This document shows positions 60,570-64,000 of a stretch of 64,000 nt of DNA, one piece after another. Position numbers and translations under genes: made by a program. Each line of letters opens with the position of its first letter. Positions within the stretch are counted from its first letter, which is position 1. A model generated the notes under the pieces. It was not told the DNA's origin and did no database searches. It was given only the letters and a program-made list of their open reading frames with translations. Origin of the DNA: Chloroflexota bacterium (GTDB lineage: Bacteria > Chloroflexota > UBA11872 > UBA12225). The stretch is taken from the NCBI GenBank assembly GCA_034437795.1, contig DAOTTI010000137.1, positions 496 to 64,495 of the forward strand, read 5' to 3'.

Positions 60570-62489
60570 CTACGCTTCGCCCCCGTCGAGCTTCATCGTC
60601 GTTCCAGCGTTCCAGAAAGAGGCGGCGCCGGCGACCGTCGTTGCGGCAGGGGTATCGCCGTCGCTCGGCGCCTCCACAGTGACTACTGCGCCCGCGGTCC
60701 TGGGGAGGCGCACGACGATACGGGTCCCCCCGTCCGCGGGAAACTGCGCGTCGATCTGACCGCCGTGCAGCTCAACGATCTGGCGGCTGATGTAGAGGCC
60801 CAGGCCCATCCCCGCCAGGTGGCCGTTGCCATGGGCCTGGTAGAAGCGCTCGAAGAGCTGCCCGCGCCGTTCCGGCGGAATGCCGAGCCCGTGGTCGCGG
60901 ACCGAGAGCTCCACCCAGCCCCCATCCGCTTGCGACGCGGGGGCGCGCGGAGCGGGGGACATGGCGTGCCCCGCACCGTTGCGTCCGGGCGCCAGGTCCG
61001 GGGCAGGGCAGAGGCGCAGGGAGACGTCGATGGCGCCGCCGTCGGGGCTGTACTTGATGGCGTTTTCCAGGAGGTTGACCAGCACCTGCTCCAGGCGCAG
61101 GGGATCGACCATGGCCTGGCAAGACGGCGGCGCCTGAAGGGTGATCGTGTGCCAGTCGGTCCCTGCTTGGGCGCGGGTCACGATCTCCTCGAGCAGCTGG
61201 GAGAGATCGGCCGGCTGGGGCTCAAGGATCAGTTTGCCGGCGTGCAGACGTGAGACGTCCAGGAGCTGGCTGAGCAGACGAGCGAGCTTGGACGCCTGCC
61301 CAGCGATGGTGCGCATCGCCGCCAGCACCTGCTCCGGCGGCACCTGCTGTTCCCGCTCGAAGCGGCGCAGCACGAGTTGCGCGTAGCCGGAGAGGGAGGT
61401 CAGCGGGGTCTTCAGCTCGTGGGCCGCGATCGACAGAAACTCGTCACGCAGGCGCAGGGCCGCTTCGGCCGCCGCGCGGGCGGTCTGCTCCGCTTCCAGC
61501 GCCGCCTGCAGCCGCTCCTCCGCCCGTCGCCGTTCCGCCACCTCGGCCTCAAGGGAGCGGGCCTTCTGCTGCAAGGCCGCGATGGCGCGGAGGCGTTCGT
61601 CGGTTGTGGGCAGCGCCGTGTAGCTCTCGGCGGGGATGACGCGGGTGTGGGCAGCGCAGACCTCATCTAGCCGTTCAGCGAGTGCCTGGCCGCCGAAGCG
61701 GTCCATGGGATAGCCGCACATCAGGGAGAAGGACTGGACCTGCTGCAGGTCGTTCCAGAGCTGCTCCAGGCGGACGGCAGCGGCGTGGTTCCCCTCGTCC
61801 ACCAGCAGGGCGACCAGCTCCCCATAGGCGCGCAGGGGCCGGCCGCCAGCGGCTTCCACGGCCCGCGCGATGACGCTCCCGACGATCTCTCTGAAGCGCG
61901 TCGGCTCCGGCGCCCCATCGGCCATGAGCGCGGGGAGGAGCGCGGCCGCATCCAGGTCGACGTAACGGCCGGCGGCGCGCGCCGCGTCCAGGTCGAGCCC
62001 GCCGGCCAGCAATCGATCTTCGAGACCCTGCCGGTGCTCCGGCGTGGCAATGACGACCGCAGCCCCGCCGGCGCTCAGCGCCGCGCCGATGAAATCGCGC
62101 ACCGCATCAAGCAGGAAGGCGTCCTGCTCGTAGAACTGAACCAGGTGCTGGACACCGGCTTCCCACTGGGTCCAGCGCTCGCGTTCGCTTGCCGGGCAGG
62201 GGTCGCCGGCCGAGGCTGGCGATTTCCGCCTCTCGCGACGCGCGGCCGGCGCTAGAGCGCGGCGCGGTTGCATCTGTGCCAGGAGCTGTTCCAGGGACTC
62301 CCGCCTGAGGCGGACGGTGCGGTGCCCCAGCCGCCACACGGGCAGGCGGCCGGCGCGGATCCACCGCCAGATGCTCACGCGGCTCACACCGAGCAAGGCG
62401 GCTGCCTGCGAGATGCTGTAGTAGTCACGTTCGGGGAGGCCGGCAGTGTCGGCCGAAGGGGCCAGCGCTGAAGGGACCGTCGTGGCCAT
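60570..62489 (-). CDS. Fusion protein: excisionase/MerR-type HTH + MEDS domain + HisKA + HATPase_c histidine kinase
   Basis: The HTH is YYSISQAAALLGVSRVSIWRWIRAGRLPVWRLGHRTVRL. The MEDS-like region is HLVQFYEQDAFLLDAVRDFIGAAL..AVVIATPEH. The H-box is FLSIAAHELKTPLTSL. The N box is NLLENAIKYS. The G boxes are RDHGLGI..GMGLGLYISRQIVELHGG. The start is ATG 62489 or TTG 62528. Confidence 0.8.
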   Translation of the reverse strand: MATTVPSALAPSADTAGLPERDYYSISQAAALLGVSRVSIWRWIRAGRLPVWRLGHRTVRLRRESLEQLLAQMQPRRALAPAARRERRKSPASAGDPCPASERERWTQWEAGVQHLVQFYEQDAFLLDAVRDFIGAALSAGGAAVVIATPEHRQGLEDRLLAGGLDLDAARAAGRYVDLDAAALLPALMADGAPEPTRFREIVGSVIARAVEAAGGRPLRAYGELVALLVDEGNHAAAVRLEQLWNDLQQVQSFSLMCGYPMDRFGGQALAERLDEVCAAHTRVIPAESYTALPTTDERLRAIAALQQKARSLEAEVAERRRAEERLQAALEAEQTARAAAEAALRLRDEFLSIAAHELKTPLTSLSGYAQLVLRRFEREQQVPPEQVLAAMRTIAGQASKLARLLSQLLDVSRLHAGKLILEPQPADLSQLLEEIVTRAQAGTDWHTITLQAPPSCQAMVDPLRLEQVLVNLLENAIKYSPDGGAIDVSLRLCPAPDLAPGRNGAGHAMSPAPRAPASQADGGWVELSVRDHGLGIPPERRGQLFERFYQAHGNGHLAGMGLGLYISRQIVELHGGQIDAQFPADGGTRIVVRLPRTAGAVVTVEAPSDGDTPAATTVAGAASFWNAGTTMKLDGGEA

Positions 62490-62599
62490 GTGTTGCACAG
62501 CGTAACAGGATGTCTGCCGCGCAGTCAATGAGCAAATGGCGTGCCAGCGTTCTCGCCGACTGCTAAAGCAATCCGGCTAGCCTGCGTTAGTCACAAGCC

Positions 62600-62660
62600 G
62601 GAGCCCTCACCGCCGCCCGCGAAGCGGGCTCCCGCTCTCCCGCACGGAGAGGGGGCTCTT
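62600..62660. repeat. Family-A-like hairpins
   Basis: GGAGCCCTCACCGCCGCCCGCGAAGCGGGCTCCCGCTCTCCCGCACGGAGAGGGGGCTC. Confidence 0.7.
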
Positions 62661-62694
62661 CGCTGTACGTGAATGATCCCAGCTAGAGATGACA

Positions 62695-62712
62695 AGCCCG
62701 CTCAAGCGGGTT
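62695..62712 (-). terminator. Candidate intrinsic terminator for the class-III aminotransferase gene
   Basis: The minus-strand RNA AACCCGCUUGAGCGGGCUUGUCAUCUCU has a 5-7 bp GC stem, a UUGA loop and a U-containing tail. It lies 54 nt after the stop codon. The same 18-mer CCCGCTTGAGCGGGCTTG also occurs at 34083-34100. Confidence 0.3.
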
Positions 62713-62765
62713 CCAGCGGGCGGACGGCGAGAACGGGCGGCGCCGGCTGATCCCGTTTGATTCGC

Positions 62766-64000
62766 TTACCCGCGTGCCAGCGCCGCGAACGCCTGGTCGC
62801 AGATCTCCAGGGTGCGATCCACGTCCTGGTCGGTGTGGGCGAGAGAGACGTAGAACTTCTCGTTCGGGTTGACCAGCAGCCCGCGTTTGAGGAGCTCGAT
62901 CCCCCAGCGAAGGCCCAGGGCGCGGTCGTGGGCCTGCAGGTCCATCCAGGTGCGCGGGCGCTCATTTTCGATGAAGCGCACGCCGAAGACGGCGTCCTCG
63001 CCCAGGGCCTGGGTTGGGAAGCCGTGGCGGCGCCCGGCTTCCTGGATGCCTTGCCGCAGGCGGCGGCCGGTGCGTCGCAGGCGCTCATAGACGCCGGGCT
63101 GGGAGAGCACGTCCAGAGCGGCCAGGCCAGCGGCCGCGCTGATCGGGTTGCCGTTGAGCGTGCCGCTGGCCCAGGCCAGGCGCGTGCGCTCCGTGCGTCG
63201 CGCGTCGAGCGGGGCCATGACCTCCGCGCGCCCGGCGATGCAGGCCATGGGGAAGCCGCCGGCCATGGCCTTGCCGTAGGTCGCCAGGTCGGGGATCACG
63301 CCGTAGCGCTCCTGGGCGCCGCCCCAGGCGATGCGGAACCCGGTGACGATCTCATCGAAGATGAGCACGATGCCGTGGCGGCGCGTGGCGTCGCGCACTG
63401 CTTCCAGGAAGCCCGGCTCCGGCACCAGGACGCGCTGCAGTGGCTCCACCAGCACCGCCGCCAGGTGGGAGGCGTGGCGCTCGATGAGCTCGACGGCCCG
63501 CTGGGTGTCGTTGAAGGGCGCGACCAGCACCTCCCCACCGATGGCGGCGGGGATACCGGCGGAGTCGGGGCGCGCCTGCGGGTAATCGCTTGGCTGCGCC
63601 GGCACGGTGCCCCACAGGGCGTAATCGTGCATGCCGTGCCAGCCGCCCTCGAACTTCATGATCTTGCTGCGCCCGGTGTAGGCGCGCGCGACGCGCAGGG
63701 CGAAGAACGTCGCCTCGGTGCCGGAGCCGGTGAAGTGCACCTGCTCGGCGCAGGGGATGGCTTCCACCAGGCGCTCCGCCAGCCGGATGGCGTGCTCATT
63801 CAGGAAGTAATAGGTCGTGCCTTTGGGCAGCTGGGCGCTCACGGCGGCGGTGATGGCAGGGTGGCCGTGCCCGAGGAGCGCCGGCCCCGAGCCCAGGTGA
63901 TAATCGATGAACTCCCGCCCCGCCACGTCGATGACACGGGAGCCACGCCCCTCGGCGATGACCAGGTTCACCTCTGGGGGCAGGACGAACAGACCCAGAC
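62766..64000 (-). CDS. Class-III PLP aminotransferase (glutamate-1-semialdehyde aminomutase-like); N-terminus probably outside the window
   Basis: EGRGSRVIDVAGREFIDYHLGSGPALLGHGHP..FTGSGTEATFFALRVAR..LIFDEIVTGFR. The reading frame stays open upstream of the GTG at 63971, through to the window edge. Confidence 0.85.
   Translation of the reverse strand, partial: LGLFVLPPEVNLVIAEGRGSRVIDVAGREFIDYHLGSGPALLGHGHPAITAAVSAQLPKGTTYYFLNEHAIRLAERLVEAIPCAEQVHFTGSGTEATFFALRVARAYTGRSKIMKFEGGWHGMHDYALWGTVPAQPSDYPQARPDSAGIPAAIGGEVLVAPFNDTQRAVELIERHASHLAAVLVEPLQRVLVPEPGFLEAVRDATRRHGIVLIFDEIVTGFRIAWGGAQERYGVIPDLATYGKAMAGGFPMACIAGRAEVMAPLDARRTERTRLAWASGTLNGNPISAAAGLAALDVLSQPGVYERLRRTGRRLRQGIQEAGRRHGFPTQALGEDAVFGVRFIENERPRTWMDLQAHDRALGLRWGIELLKRGLLVNPNEKFYVSLAHTDQDVDRTLEICDQAFAALARG

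Overview
The window is about 70% GC and bacterial. I cannot place it taxonomically from sequence alone. The backbone is dense housekeeping: a partial lplA-like gene, ispE, tRNA-Gln, glmU, prs, cdd, recO, dapC-like/dapD and cysS. Between these sit accessory blocks. One set is sugar/oxidoreductase and sulfatase genes: Gfo/Idh/MocA x2, an aldo-keto reductase, a Zn-ADH, a GH51 arabinofuranosidase, two sulfatase-family genes and two enolase-superfamily dehydratases. The rest are transporters (2 MFS, DUF21-CBS, VUT, a 3-gene ABC-2 system), stress proteins and signalling genes. No rRNA, CRISPR array, integrase, transposase or recognisable defence nuclease is visible. The most striking direct observation is that almost every intergenic gap over 100 bp is filled by two related, modular GC-rich hairpin repeat families plus heptamer microsatellites. 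These account for most of the spurious ORFs in the six-frame track. The best candidates for something new are all hypotheses, none proven. (1) An XRE + ImmA/IrrE cassette is bracketed by a 23-nt dyad-containing direct repeat whose second copy sits at the 5' end of the ABC-2 operon. (2) A fused excisionase-HTH/MEDS/histidine-kinase gene is followed by an output-less PAS-GAF-PAS gene, with no response regulator in view. (3) A cupredoxin / Crp-Fnr / membrane-thioredoxin cluster carries a duplicated CRP-type TGTAA-N6-TTACC site. (4) A decaying block holds a sigma/anti-sigma fusion relic and a lipoprotein gene broken by two compensating G-run frameshifts. (5) One sulfatase-family enzyme has Thr in place of the formylglycine Cys/Ser. 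Several start codons are uncertain. All functional calls come from reading motifs in the supplied translations, not from database searches.
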